From an uncultured Pseudomonadota bacterium (lineage in GTDB: Bacteria > Pseudomonadota > Alphaproteobacteria > JACZXZ01), in the NCBI GenBank assembly GCA_963749075.1, contig CAVVLJ010000004.1, forward strand, positions 224,001 through 288,000: DNA of 64,000 nt. Direction: 5' to 3'. The translations under genes were made by a program, and so were the position numbers. Shown here piece by piece: positions 1-9,714 of the stretch. Positions within the stretch are counted from its first letter, which is position 1. Every line of letters begins with the position of its first letter. A model generated the notes under the pieces. It searched no databases, was not told where the DNA came from, and worked only from the letters and a program-made list of their open reading frames with translations.

Positions 1-1480
1 TGGTGTGCACGAGTGCCAGCCAGCCCTTGCCGCGCCGGTCCGCGGTGACGAGCGGCGTGCCGTCGGCGAGCCGCGCCCAGGTCTTCTCGTCGAGATCGAG
101 CGACGGCTCGGCGAGCACCTGGCGCTTGATCGCGACGTTGGCGGGAACGGCAAGGCCGGCGAAGGGGCTGCGCGCATCGAAGGGGGCGAGGGGCTCCGGC
201 TTCTCCCACGACATGGTGCCGCCGAGGTCGCGCTCGCCGCGGCGCAGCTTGACCGGCACGAGATCGTCGTTGCCTTGTGCCAAGCGCGGCCCGGCGAAGC
301 GCAGGAGCGTGCCGCCGTCCCTGATCCAGCGCTCGAGGCGGGCGCGCAGCGGCGGCGGCAGGGGATCGCTGTCGGTGAGGACGAGCACGGCGAGCTGGCG
401 CTGGAGGAGCTGCTCGAGGCTGCCCTCGACGACCTCGCTGTAGGGCTGCAGCGCCCGCTCGAGATAGTAATGGCCGCCGAGCAGCGGCTCGGCCTGCTCG
501 TTGGGCGGCGCCACGATGACGCCCACCGGCCGGCGGCGCCAGCGGTCGTCGAGCAGCACCACGGCACCGGCACTATGCTCGCCCGCGATCTCGAGGCGCG
601 TGATCTCGTTGCGCAGCTCGACGGGGAGCTGCAGCCTGCCCGTGGCCGTGCGCTTGCCCGGCTGGAAGGCGAGCCTCGCCTCGCCCGCCGGATGGCCGCC
701 CTCGTCGAGCGCCTGCACGGTGAGCGCCCCCTCGCCCTCCGCCGCGGCGCGCACCGCCGTGAGGTCGAGCTCGGCGCCCATGGCGGAGGGCGGCAGCAGG
801 AGGCGGGGCAGCGCCGCAAGCTGATCGCTCAGGACCTCGACGGGTCCGAGGCGCTGCAGGCGCTCCGCGAGCGCGCGCGCATCGCCGCCCGCGATGCCGT
901 CCGAGAGCCACACGACATGCGCCCGGCCGGGGAGCTGCACGCCGTCGAGGAGCTTGAGCACCGCGGCACGGTCGCTCGGCCAGGGCTCGGGCGCCAGCGT
1001 CTGGGCGAGCCGCTTAGCCTCGCCCGCGGTCAAGAGGCCGCTCGACTGCAGGGCGTTGCCGGAGGCGGAGGGTGCCGTCGCCAGCAGCATCACCGGCCGC
1101 CGCTCGCGCTCGGCGCTGTCGAGCAGGCTGGCCAGCGCCTGCCCGCGCGCCGACCAGTTGCGCGCCGCCGCCCAGCCGTTGTCGACGACGAGCACGAGCG
1201 GCCCTTGGCCGCCGTGCGGACCGAGCGGATTGAGGAGCGGCTGGGCCAGCCCCAGGATGACGAGCGCCGCCAGGATGAGGCGCAGGATGACGAGCCAGAG
1301 CGGCGTGTGCGCCGGCGTCTCCTCGCTCTGCGCCAGCCCGAGGAGGAGGCGCACCGCGGGAAAGCGCACGAGGCGCGGGCTCGGCGGCGTGATGCGCAGC
1401 AGCCACCAGAGCGCCGGCAGGGCTGCCGCCGCCGCGAGCAGCCAGGGATGCACGAAGGCGACGGCTTCCAGCCCCAGCAT
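1..1480 (-). CDS. BatA/DUF4159-type N-terminal double-TM membrane protein (3' end runs off the window)
   Basis: Minus-strand ATG at 1480 reads MLGLEAVAFVHPWLLAAAAALPALWWLLRITPP...RFPAVRLL...PLWLVILRL, the typical BatA N-terminus; it follows the DUF58 gene in the moxR operon. Confidence 0.8.
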   Translation of the reverse strand, partial: MLGLEAVAFVHPWLLAAAAALPALWWLLRITPPSPRLVRFPAVRLLLGLAQSEETPAHTPLWLVILRLILAALVILGLAQPLLNPLGPHGGQGPLVLVVDNGWAAARNWSARGQALASLLDSAERERRPVMLLATAPSASGNALQSSGLLTAGEAKRLAQTLAPEPWPSDRAAVLKLLDGVQLPGRAHVVWLSDGIAGGDARALAERLQRLGPVEVLSDQLAALPRLLLPPSAMGAELDLTAVRAAAEGEGALTVQALDEGGHPAGEARLAFQPGKRTATGRLQLPVELRNEITRLEIAGEHSAGAVVLLDDRWRRRPVGVIVAPPNEQAEPLLGGHYYLERALQPYSEVVEGSLEQLLQRQLAVLVLTDSDPLPPPLRARLERWIRDGGTLLRFAGPRLAQGNDDLVPVKLRRGERDLGGTMSWEKPEPLAPFDARSPFAGLAVPANVAIKRQVLAEPSLDLDEKTWARLADGTPLVTADRRGKGWLALVHT

Positions 1481-2394
1481 CAGAAGTCGTCCCAGCTTGC
1501 CGAGAGACGTGCGTAAAGGCCGAGCAGCGCCCGCTCGGGCGGCTGATCGGTGCGGTGCGCCATGAAGTCCCAGCCGACCGCGCGGGCAATGTCCTCGAGC
1601 CCCTGCCGGTGCAGCGAGAGGCGGTCGACGTAGGCCTCGCGCACCGCCTCGACGCGGCGGACGAGGACCCGGCCCTCGCCCTCGAGCCCCTCGAAGCGGG
1701 TGCGGCCGACGAAGGGCAGCGTCTCCTCGGCGGGATCGACCACCTGCACGAGATGGCCCCGCAAGCCGCGCCCGGCGAAGCGGCGCACCAGCCCATGGCT
1801 CTCCTCGAGCGGCGCCAGGAGGTCGCCGATGAGGACGAGCTGGCCGTGGCGCGGCAAGAGCTCGTAAGCGGGCAGGCTGCCGTGCGCCCGCTCTTCGGGG
1901 CCGTTTTCCCTGCGCTCGAGCGCGAGCGCCATGCGGTTGAGTGCGGCACGCCCCGGGCGGGGGTGGAGACCGGAGCCGAGCAGCGCCACATGCTCGTCGC
2001 CGCGCACGAGGAGGGCGGCGAGCGCCAACGTCAAAAGCGCCGCGCGCTCGCCCTTGTCCGGCAGCGCCGCCGAGGAGCGGTAGCTCATGGAGGGCGAGCG
2101 GTCGCACCACAGCCAGACGCTGGCCGCCGCCTCCCACTCGGTCTCGCGCACGAAGAGCGCGTCGGACTTGGCCGAGCGCCGCCAGTCGATGCGCTGGGTC
2201 GGGTCGCCGAACTCATAGTGGCGGAACTGCCAGAAGGTGTCGCCGGTGCCGATGCGGCGGCGGCCGTGGACGCCCTGCGCCACGGTGGCGGCTACGCGCT
2301 CGGCGCGCACGAGGAGCGGCGGGAGGGCCGCGGCGAGGCGCTCGGCGCGCGGCTGAATGTCCGTTGCGGCTTGCGAGCGCGCGCGCTGTGCCAT
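1480..2394 (-). CDS. DUF58 domain protein (MoxR partner)
   Basis: GVHGRRRIGTGDTFWQFRHYEFGD...IDWRRSAKSD motif; adjacent to moxR. Confidence 0.9.
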   Translation of the reverse strand: MAQRARSQAATDIQPRAERLAAALPPLLVRAERVAATVAQGVHGRRRIGTGDTFWQFRHYEFGDPTQRIDWRRSAKSDALFVRETEWEAAASVWLWCDRSPSMSYRSSAALPDKGERAALLTLALAALLVRGDEHVALLGSGLHPRPGRAALNRMALALERRENGPEERAHGSLPAYELLPRHGQLVLIGDLLAPLEESHGLVRRFAGRGLRGHLVQVVDPAEETLPFVGRTRFEGLEGEGRVLVRRVEAVREAYVDRLSLHRQGLEDIARAVGWDFMAHRTDQPPERALLGLYARLSASWDDF

Positions 2395-2419
2395 AAATCC
2401 TTTCCCAGCCTTCCCTGGC

Positions 2420-3464
2420 TCAGGCGAGCGGGGCGGCGAGCCGTGCCACGACCTGGTCGATGGTGACGCCGTCGGCCCGCGCCGTGAAATTGAGCGCCAT
2501 GCGGTGCCTCAAGACCGCGCCCGCGAGCGACAGCACGTCGTCGACCGAGGGGGCGAGCCTGCCGTCGAGCACCGCGCGCGCCCGCGTCGCCAGCATGAGC
2601 GCCTGGCTGGCGCGCGGGCCCGGCCCCCAGGCGACCTGGCGGCGCACCTCCTCGAACTCGCTCGAACTCGGGCCGGCCCTGGCGCACCAGCTTGAGGATG
2701 GCATCGACCACCGATTGGCCGACGGGAATGCGGCGGATGAGGCGCTGGGCGGCGAGCAGGTCCTCGCCGCCCATCACCATGGCGGGTGCTGCCTCGGCGA
2801 CGCCGGTGGTCGCCGCCAGCATGCGCCGCTCGGCCTCGATCTCCGGATAGCTCACGTCGACCTGCATGAGAAAGCGGTCGAGCTGCGCCTCGGGCAGCGG
2901 GTAGGTGCCCTCCTGCTCGAGCGGATTCTGGGTGGCGAGCACGTGGAAGGGCCGCGGCAGCGGGTGGTAGCGCCCGGCGACCGAGACGCGGCCCTCCTGC
3001 ATCGCCTGCAAGAGGGCGGACTGGGTGCGCGGGCTCGCCCGGTTGACCTCGTCGGCCATGAGGAGCTGGCAGAACACCGGCCCCTCGATGAAGCGGAAGG
3101 CGCGCCGGCCGCTCTCGTTCTCCTCCAAAACTTCCGAGCCCAGGATGTCCGCGGGCATGAGGTCGGGCGTGCACTGGATGCGCTTCACGTCGAGGCCGAG
3201 CACGATGCCGAGCGTCTCGACGAGCCGCGTCTTGGCGAGGCCCGGCACGCCCACCAGCAAGGCATGCCCTCCGGCGAGGAGTGTGATAAGGGTTTGATCG
3301 ATGACCGTCTGCTGGCCGAAGATGACTTGGCCCACGCGCTCGCGCACGAGCGCCATGCGCTCGCCCAGGCGCTCGACCTCGGCTATCAGTGCTGCGCTCG
3401 AGGGACCTTCGGAAGGCATCGTCTCTATGAGGCTCACCTCGGCTGCTCCTTGCTGTTCGACCAA
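2420..3464 (-). CDS. moxR: MoxR family AAA+ ATPase, frameshifted near 2660
   Basis: GVPGLAKT Walker A, LLMADEVNRASPRTQSALL, ATQNPLEQEGTYPLPEAQLDRF; the C-terminus (WGPGPRASQAL...LRHR) is in a different frame (ORF 2420..2704). Confidence 0.85.
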
Positions 3465-3492
3465 CGGGCTACCCCGCGATTAAGGCGGCAGG

Positions 3493-4080
3493 ATGACCAA
3501 AGCATCAGATCTCCCCGCCGCGCTGGCAAATCAAATGAACGTGCCTTGCACGTCCCGTGCCGCCGCAGCCGCCCCGCCGCCTCGACTCCGGCGGTTCTGC
3601 GGCGACTTCGACATCCGCATCGCGCGCGACGGCAGCTGGCACTATCGCGACTCGCCGATCGGCCGGCGCGAGATCGTCAAGCTCTTCGCCTCCGTGCTCC
3701 GCCGCGACGAGGCCGGCGGCTATTGGCTGGAAACGCCGGCCGAGCGCGGCCGCATCCGCGTCGACGACGCGCCGTTCACCGCGGTCGAGCTCAGCGTCGA
3801 AGGAAACGGGCGTCGGCAGGCGCTGACCTTTCGCACCAATCTCGACGAGAGCGTTACCGCCAGTCGCGATCACCCGATCAGGCTCGAGCGCAATGGCCCG
3901 GGCGGCGGGCCGCGGCCCTATGTCCTCGTGCGCGAAGGGCTCGAGGCGCTCATCGTCCGTCCCGTCTATTATCAGCTTGTTGAGCTCGGAGTGGAAGGGC
4001 CATCGCGCGAGGCGGGGCTGTTCGGCGTCTGGAGCGAAGGCCAGTTCTTCGCGCTGGGCCCGCTCGAGGAGGCGACGTGA
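3493..4080 (+). CDS. DUF1285 family protein
   Basis: FCGDFDIRIARDGSWHY..SPIGR...LFASVLRRD, VDDAPF, FRTNLD motifs; usual neighbour of moxR and nudL. Confidence 0.85.
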   Translation: MTKASDLPAALANQMNVPCTSRAAAAAPPPRLRRFCGDFDIRIARDGSWHYRDSPIGRREIVKLFASVLRRDEAGGYWLETPAERGRIRVDDAPFTAVELSVEGNGRRQALTFRTNLDESVTASRDHPIRLERNGPGGGPRPYVLVREGLEALIVRPVYYQLVELGVEGPSREAGLFGVWSEGQFFALGPLEEAT

Positions 4081-4700
4081 CGCGGGATCTGGTGAAGGCG
4101 CTGCTCGAGGCCGGGGCTGCGGCGGAGCGGCGCGTGCGCAGCGGCACGGCGGTGCGGCGCCGCGGCGACCACGACATGAACAGCGACGACATGCGCCATC
4201 CCGGCCCCTTGACGCCGGCCGCGGTGCTGGTGCCCCTCGTCGACCGCAGCGAGGGCATGACGGTGCTGCTCACCCAGCGCACCGCCAATCTCAACGACCA
4301 CGCCGGCCAGGTGAGCTTCCCCGGCGGGCGCATGGAGCCCGAGGACGCCTCCGCCGAGGCGGCGGCGCTGCGCGAGGCGTTCGAGGAGGTCGGCCTGCCG
4401 CCGGCGCTCGTCGAGCCGGTCGGCCGACTCGACGACTACGAGACGCGCACCGGCTTTCTCGTCTATCCCGTGGTCGGCATCGTGACGCCGCCCTTCGCGG
4501 TCAAGCCCGACCCGGCCGAGGTGGCCGACGTATTCGAGGTGCCGCTCGCCTTCATCCTCGACCGCGGCAACCACCGCCGGGAGAGCCGCCTCTTCAAGGG
4601 CCGCGAGCGCCAATTCTACGTGCTGCCCTACGACGACCATTACATCTGGGGCGCCACGGCGAGCATGCTCGTCAACTTGGCGGAGGTCCTCGGCGGCTGA
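4077..4700 (+). CDS. nudL: CoA pyrophosphatase (Nudix, NudL-like)
   Basis: AAVLVPL...LLTQR...HAGQVSFPGG...ALREAFEEVG; IWGATA. Confidence 0.88.
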   Translation: MTRDLVKALLEAGAAAERRVRSGTAVRRRGDHDMNSDDMRHPGPLTPAAVLVPLVDRSEGMTVLLTQRTANLNDHAGQVSFPGGRMEPEDASAEAAALREAFEEVGLPPALVEPVGRLDDYETRTGFLVYPVVGIVTPPFAVKPDPAEVADVFEVPLAFILDRGNHRRESRLFKGRERQFYVLPYDDHYIWGATASMLVNLAEVLGG

Positions 4701-4978
4701 TGGTGCGCATCGTCATCGAGTACCTCCTGCCGCTCATTTTGCCCACGGCGCTCTATGCGCTGTGGATCGCCTGGCAGCGCAGGCGCGCGGCCGCCGCCGG
4801 TGCCGTCGAGGCGGAGCTGCAGGAGCTGCCGTGGTTCTGGCTCATCCTCGCCGGCCTTGCGCTGGCCATCGCCGCCATGATCGGGACGGCATTCCTCTCC
4901 GGCTACGCGCCGGGCGCGCACTACACCCCGCCCTCCGTCAAGGGCGGCGAGGTGGTGCCGGGCCAGTTCAAGAATTAG
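4700..4978 (+). CDS. Small membrane protein (DUF6111-like)
   Basis: ATG overlaps the nudL stop; MVRIVIEYLLPLILPTALY...LPWFWL...YTPPSVKGGEVVPGQFK. Confidence 0.75.
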   Translation: MVRIVIEYLLPLILPTALYALWIAWQRRRAAAAGAVEAELQELPWFWLILAGLALAIAAMIGTAFLSGYAPGAHYTPPSVKGGEVVPGQFKN

Positions 4979-5046
4979 GCCAACGGGAAGGGCAGGGGGA
5001 AGGCCAAGGGAAATGCCAAGGGAAATGGACATGAGGCTGTGACGCC

Positions 5047-6312
5047 ATGACGCGGCCGGGGAAGCTCGCGCCCCAGCCCTGGATGACGGCGCCTGCTGTG
5101 CGCCGCGTGCTCGCGGCGCTCGGGGCCGAGGGCGCAGAAGTGCGCTTCGTCGGCGGCTGCGTGCGCGATGCACTCCTCGGCCGCGCGGTCAAGGACATCG
5201 ACATCGCCACCCACGATCCGCCGGAGAGCGTGATCGCGCTTCTCGAGGCGGCGGGCATCAAGGCCGTGCCGACGGGCCTCGAGCACGGCACCGTGACGGC
5301 GGTGATCGGCGGCGAGCATTTCGAGATCACCACGCTGCGTGCGGACGTGGAGTCCTACGGCCGCCGCGCCAAGGTCGCCTTCACCGACGACTGGCGGGTG
5401 GACGCGGCGCGGCGCGACCTCACGATCAACGCCATCTTCGCAAGCCCCGACGGCACGCTCTACGATCCGGCCGGCGGTCTCGCGGATCTGCGCGCGGGGC
5501 GCATCCGCTTCGTGGGAGAGGCGCGGACGCGCATCGAGGAGGACGTGCTGCGCCTCTTGCGCTTCTTCCGCTTCTACGCCCACTACGGCAAGCCGCCGCC
5601 CGACCCCGAGGCGCTCGCCGCCTGCCGCGAGCTTGCCCCGCTCTTGCCCAAGCTCTCGGGCGAGCGCATCGCGGCCGAGACGCTCAAGCTTCTCGACGCA
5701 CCCGAGCCCGCCTCCGTCGTGGCGCTGATGAGCGCCGAGGACATCGTGCCGCATTTTCTTCCCGAGGCGGACGGGGTTGCGCTCCTCAAGGCGCTGGTGA
5801 CGCTCGAGGGTTTAGGGCCCGGCAGCGATCCCTTGCGGCGCCTCGCCGCCCTTCTCGATCCCGCGGTCGGCGCGGCGGGCACGGAAGCCCTCGCGCGCCG
5901 GCTGCGCTTCTCCAACCGCGAGCGCGAGCGGCTGGTCGGACTCGCCGCCGCCGAGGAGAGGCCGCATCTCGAGATGACGGAGAAGGAACGGCGTCTCCTT
6001 CTCTATCGTCTCGGCGCCGAGCGCTTCCGCGATCTGGCACTTCTCGCCTGGGCGGAGGAGATGGCGGCCACGGGGCCGAGCGCGCGCCGCGCCGTCGAGG
6101 CCTGGCGCGAGCATCTCGCCGCGGCCGAGAGCTGGACGCCGATAGCGCTTCCCGTCAAGGGACGCGATGCGCTTCGCCTCGGCGTGCCCGCCGGGCCCGC
6201 GGTCGGCCGGCTGATCGAAGCACTCGAGGCCTGGTGGATCGCCGAGGACTTCCGCCCGGCGCGCGCCCAGTGCCTCGCCAAGCTCAAGGCGCTCGCGGAG
6301 GCCGAGCGCTGA
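5047..6312 (+). CDS. cca: CCA tRNA nucleotidyltransferase
   Basis: VGGCVRD..LG...DIDIAT, EITTLR, DAARRDLTINA, EDVLRLLRFFRF. Confidence 0.92.
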   Translation: MTRPGKLAPQPWMTAPAVRRVLAALGAEGAEVRFVGGCVRDALLGRAVKDIDIATHDPPESVIALLEAAGIKAVPTGLEHGTVTAVIGGEHFEITTLRADVESYGRRAKVAFTDDWRVDAARRDLTINAIFASPDGTLYDPAGGLADLRAGRIRFVGEARTRIEEDVLRLLRFFRFYAHYGKPPPDPEALAACRELAPLLPKLSGERIAAETLKLLDAPEPASVVALMSAEDIVPHFLPEADGVALLKALVTLEGLGPGSDPLRRLAALLDPAVGAAGTEALARRLRFSNRERERLVGLAAAEERPHLEMTEKERRLLLYRLGAERFRDLALLAWAEEMAATGPSARRAVEAWREHLAAAESWTPIALPVKGRDALRLGVPAGPAVGRLIEALEAWWIAEDFRPARAQCLAKLKALAEAER

Positions 6313-6327
6313 GCGCAGCGCGCAGCG

Positions 6328-6732
6328 CTACTTGAGCGCGTTGTTGATGAGGAACTCGGCGAAGTCGGCGGGCTTGAGCTTCATCGGGTCGATCGACTGG
6401 TGGCCGGCCATGGCGCGGCTGACGACGATACGATCCTCGACCTGCGTCGGCAGCACCTTGAAGACGCCGCGCGCACCCTTGAGCTTGGGATAGAGATCGG
6501 CGTCGATCATCTTCGCCTTCTGGGCGAGCCGCGCCAGCATCTCGTCCTCGCCGAGGCCCCGCGCCTCCGCCTTCTTGACGAGCGCCCAGTCGCTCTCGCC
6601 CGCCCAGCCCACGGCAATGAGCGGCTTCAGCGGCTCGTCGCTCAAGCCCACCTTGTAGAGATGCTTGCTCAGGCCGACATCGGAGCCCCATTTGCCGAGC
6701 TTGATGCTCCGTGCCACGTAGATCGTGCCCAT
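6328..6732 (-). CDS. Hypothetical protein (N-terminus weakly T5orf172/GIY-YIG-like)
   Basis: ATG at 6732 preceded by GGAGGAG; MGTIYVARS...HLYKVG; host-like codon usage. Confidence 0.7.
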   Translation of the reverse strand: MGTIYVARSIKLGKWGSDVGLSKHLYKVGLSDEPLKPLIAVGWAGESDWALVKKAEARGLGEDEMLARLAQKAKMIDADLYPKLKGARGVFKVLPTQVEDRIVVSRAMAGHQSIDPMKLKPADFAEFLINNALK

Positions 6733-6776
6733 GACCGCTCCTCCCCGCCCGCCTGCGGGCCCGATCGAGGGGCCGC

Positions 6777-7325
6777 TCAGTTGCCGGTGCGGATCAGCTT
6801 GCCCTTGACGGTGCGCGTGCGCTCGCCCTCGTGGATGGAGACGAAGGTGAGGTCCATGGCGCCGCCCGTGAGGGTGCGCACGTAGCGCTGCATCTCGTAG
6901 CGGCCCCGGCTGTCGATGGTGAGCACATAGACGATGAGGCTGCTGCCCTCGTTGCGCGCCCAGACGTAAGGATTGCCGCTCAAGGGATCGGGCTCGTCGG
7001 CGGTGCGCCAGATGCCCTCGGCGGCACCGGGCACGAAGACGACGCGGTCCTCCTTGCGCTTGACCTTGGGCTTCGCGGGGTCGCCGCCCTCGTGGGCGAC
7101 GGTCGTCCAGCTGATGGAGAAGCCGGTGCCCTCCGGATGGATCACCATGTCGAGATCGCGCGCCGTCACGGCGAAATAGGCGCTGTCCTTGTTCTCGGCG
7201 ACGGCGCTTCCCGTATAGGTGCCGAAGAAGGCCTTGATCGGCAGTCCGCTTTGGGCCGCTGCCGGATGCGCGAACGCGATGAGAGCTGCGCCTAGAAGCC
7301 AAAGACAGGTCCGCCGGAAATGCAT
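6777..7325 (-). CDS. Secreted hypothetical protein
   Basis: Signal peptide (LWLLGAALIAFAHPAAA-Q) followed by a beta-rich sequence. Confidence 0.7.
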   Translation of the reverse strand: MHFRRTCLWLLGAALIAFAHPAAAQSGLPIKAFFGTYTGSAVAENKDSAYFAVTARDLDMVIHPEGTGFSISWTTVAHEGGDPAKPKVKRKEDRVVFVPGAAEGIWRTADEPDPLSGNPYVWARNEGSSLIVYVLTIDSRGRYEMQRYVRTLTGGAMDLTFVSIHEGERTRTVKGKLIRTGN

Positions 7326-7390
7326 CTGCCACCCCCCACCGTTGCGCGGCCGAGCGCAACTGATCTGTAGAGCCCGCCCTCGCGAATTTA

Positions 7391-7508
7391 AGCGTCACCC
7401 CCACCCCACCCTCCCCCTTCAAGGGGGAGGGGGAAGTTCGTGAAGTCGCTCGCAATTCCCCTCCCCCCTTGAGGGGGAGGGTAGGGAGGGGGGTGCATCG
7501 TGCGCCCA
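7391..7508. repeat. REP/BIME-like G-rich palindromic doublet, copy 1
   Basis: CACCCCCACCCCACCCTCCCCCTTCAAGGGGGAGGGG...CCCCTCCCCCCTTGAGGGGGAGGGTAGGGAGGGGGGTG; near reverse complement of 11801-11922. Confidence 0.88.
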
Positions 7509-7564
7509 ACACGCCAGATACTAGCCCATCCTTCCGGCCTTCGTCAGCCGCCCCGGCAGCCCGC

Positions 7565-8431
7565 TTACGGCCACGCCGCAAGCGGGGGGAGCGACATGAG
7601 GATGGCTTCGGGGTTGCCGCCGGTCATGAGGCCGAAGCGCGTGCCGCGGTCGTAGATGAGGTTGAACTCGGCGTAGCGGCCGCGGCGCACGAGCTGGTGC
7701 GCGCGCTCGGCGGCACTCCAGGGCTCGTTCATATGGCGCCGCACGATGGCGGGATAGGCTCCGAGAAAGGCGAGGCCCACTTCCCGTGTGAAGGCGAAGC
7801 GCGCCCCCCACGGACCATCCTCGAGGTAATCGAAGAAGATGCCGCCGATGCCGCGCGGCTCGTCGCGATGCTTGAGGAAGAAATACTCGTCGCACCACGC
7901 CTTGAACCGCGCGTGGTAGCCCGCGTCGTGGGCGTCGCAGGCAGCCTTGAGGGCGGCGTGGAAGGCGGCCGTGTCTGCCGCGTCGGGCACCATCGGCGTC
8001 AGGTCGGCGCCGCCGCCGAACCATTCCTTCGCCGTCACGATGTGCCGCGTGTTCATGTGCACGGCGGGCACGCGCGGCGAGTGCATGTGGGCAACGAGCG
8101 AGATGCCGCTCGCCCAGAAGCTCCCGTCGCCGGCGGCGCCGGGAATCTCCTTGCGGAACTCGGGCGCCAAGGTGCCGAACACGGTCGAGACGTTGACGCC
8201 GACCTTCTCGAAGACGCGGCCGTGCATGAGGGCGATCTCGCCGCCGCCGCCCTCCGCGCGCTGCCAGCGCTTACGCTCGAAGCGGCCGGGCGCCAGCTCG
8301 GCAAAGGTGCCTTGAAGCGCATCCTCGAGCGCCTCGAAGGCGGCGCAGATGTCGTCGCGCAGGCGCTCGAACCAGGTCCGCGCCTCGGCCTTCCGCGCCT
8401 CGTCCGTGCTCCCGCGTCCGCCGGCGCTCAC
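7565..8431 (-). CDS. hemF: Oxygen-dependent coproporphyrinogen III oxidase
   Basis: [59 protein letters not shown]; GTG start overlapping the trmL stop. Confidence 0.95.
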   Translation of the reverse strand: MSAGGRGSTDEARKAEARTWFERLRDDICAAFEALEDALQGTFAELAPGRFERKRWQRAEGGGGEIALMHGRVFEKVGVNVSTVFGTLAPEFRKEIPGAAGDGSFWASGISLVAHMHSPRVPAVHMNTRHIVTAKEWFGGGADLTPMVPDAADTAAFHAALKAACDAHDAGYHARFKAWCDEYFFLKHRDEPRGIGGIFFDYLEDGPWGARFAFTREVGLAFLGAYPAIVRRHMNEPWSAAERAHQLVRRGRYAEFNLIYDRGTRFGLMTGGNPEAILMSLPPLAAWP

Positions 8432-8928
8432 CCGCCTCTCCCCGGAAAGAGGCCCGTCTGCCGCAGGGCCTCGCCCAGCACCATGGCAGCGGCGAGCGCT
8501 ACGTTCAAGGAGCGCCGCCCGGGGACAAGCGGGATCCTGAGGCGCGCCGAGGCACTCGCGTGCACGGCCGCCGGGACGCCCGCCGACTCGCGCCCGACCA
8601 TGAGGAGGTCGTCCGGCCGGAACGCGAAATCGACATAGGAGGTCTCGCCGCCGGTGGTGAGAAGGACGAGGCGTGCGGCGGGCAGCGCCGCGCGCCGCCA
8701 GCTCTCGAAGGCCGCATGGGAGCCGTGGCGAAAGAGGCTCACATGGGCGAGGTAATCCATGCCGGCGCGCCGCAGGTGGCGGTCGGAGAAGAGGAAGCCG
8801 CAGGGCTCGATCACGTCGACCGGCACCTCGAGGCAGGCGGCGAGGCGCATCATGGCGCCCGCGTTTTGCGGAATGTCGGGCTCGTAGAGGACAAGGCGCA
8901 AAGGACCGCTCGCGTAACCCTCGACCAT
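8428..8928 (-). CDS. trmL: tRNA (cytidine/uridine-34 2'-O)-methyltransferase
   Basis: [32 protein letters not shown]. Confidence 0.92.
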   Translation of the reverse strand: MVEGYASGPLRLVLYEPDIPQNAGAMMRLAACLEVPVDVIEPCGFLFSDRHLRRAGMDYLAHVSLFRHGSHAAFESWRRAALPAARLVLLTTGGETSYVDFAFRPDDLLMVGRESAGVPAAVHASASARLRIPLVPGRRSLNVALAAAMVLGEALRQTGLFPGRGG

Positions 8929-9028
8929 GCGACGTTATCCGCCTTTCGGCGCTTTGCAAGGGCGCGGAATTGCACTATACCCGAGCGCGCAAATCTGGGG
9001 CGTCGGGGGGCCTCGCGGCGCGCAAGTC

Positions 9029-9061
9029 GCGGCAGGTGCGGCAGGTGCGGCAGGTTGTCGC
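9029..9061 (+). promoter_or_regulatory. RegA/RegR(PrrA)-type box upstream of petABC, inside a 3x GCGGCAGGT tandem
   Basis: GCGGC-AGGTT-GTCGC at 9047-9061 matches GCGGC-N5-GTCGC. Confidence 0.55.
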
Positions 9062-9144
9062 ATTGTGTCGCCGCGGTCTCCCTTTAGAACCATTCGCGCT
9101 GAACGGGGCGGGTTCCCGGCTCCGCCATCGGAGAAGGGGTGGGC

Positions 9145-9702
9145 ATGGCGACAAGCGCTGAGGCGAGCGCGCACGGCGGTGCGGGCGGTGCGGTGGCGCG
9201 CCGCGATTTCCTCTATCTCGCGGCCGGTGCGATGGGCGCCGCCGGTGCAGCACTCGCCGCCTGGCCCTTCATCCAGAGCATGAACCCCGCGGCCGACGTG
9301 CTGGCGCTCTCCTCGATCGAGGTCGACCTGGCGCCCGTCAAGGTGGGACAGCGCATCACCGTCAAGTGGCGCAGCCAGCCGGTCTTCGTGGCGCACCGCA
9401 CCGCGGAGGAGATCGCCGACGCGGCCAAGGTCGATCTCGGCGAACTGCGCGATCCCCAGGCGGACCAGGCGCGCGTCAAGAAGAGCGAGTGGCTCATCAT
9501 GGTCGGCATCTGCACGCACCTCGGCTGCGTGCCCCTCGGCCAGAAGCCCGGCGATCCGCGCGGCGACTGGCACGGCTGGTTCTGTCCCTGCCACGGCTCG
9601 CAATACGACACCTCGGGCCGCATCAGGAAGGGTCCGGCGCCGGCCAACCTCGCGATCCCCGAATACGCATTTCTCAGCGATACGAACATCCGGATCGGCT
9701 AG
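9145..9702 (+). CDS. petA: Ubiquinol-cytochrome c reductase Rieske Fe-S subunit
   Basis: Tat motif RRDFL; CTHLGC and CPCHGS. Confidence 0.97.
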   Translation: MATSAEASAHGGAGGAVARRDFLYLAAGAMGAAGAALAAWPFIQSMNPAADVLALSSIEVDLAPVKVGQRITVKWRSQPVFVAHRTAEEIADAAKVDLGELRDPQADQARVKKSEWLIMVGICTHLGCVPLGQKPGDPRGDWHGWFCPCHGSQYDTSGRIRKGPAPANLAIPEYAFLSDTNIRIG

Positions 9703-9714
9703 GGGAGCTGAAGC

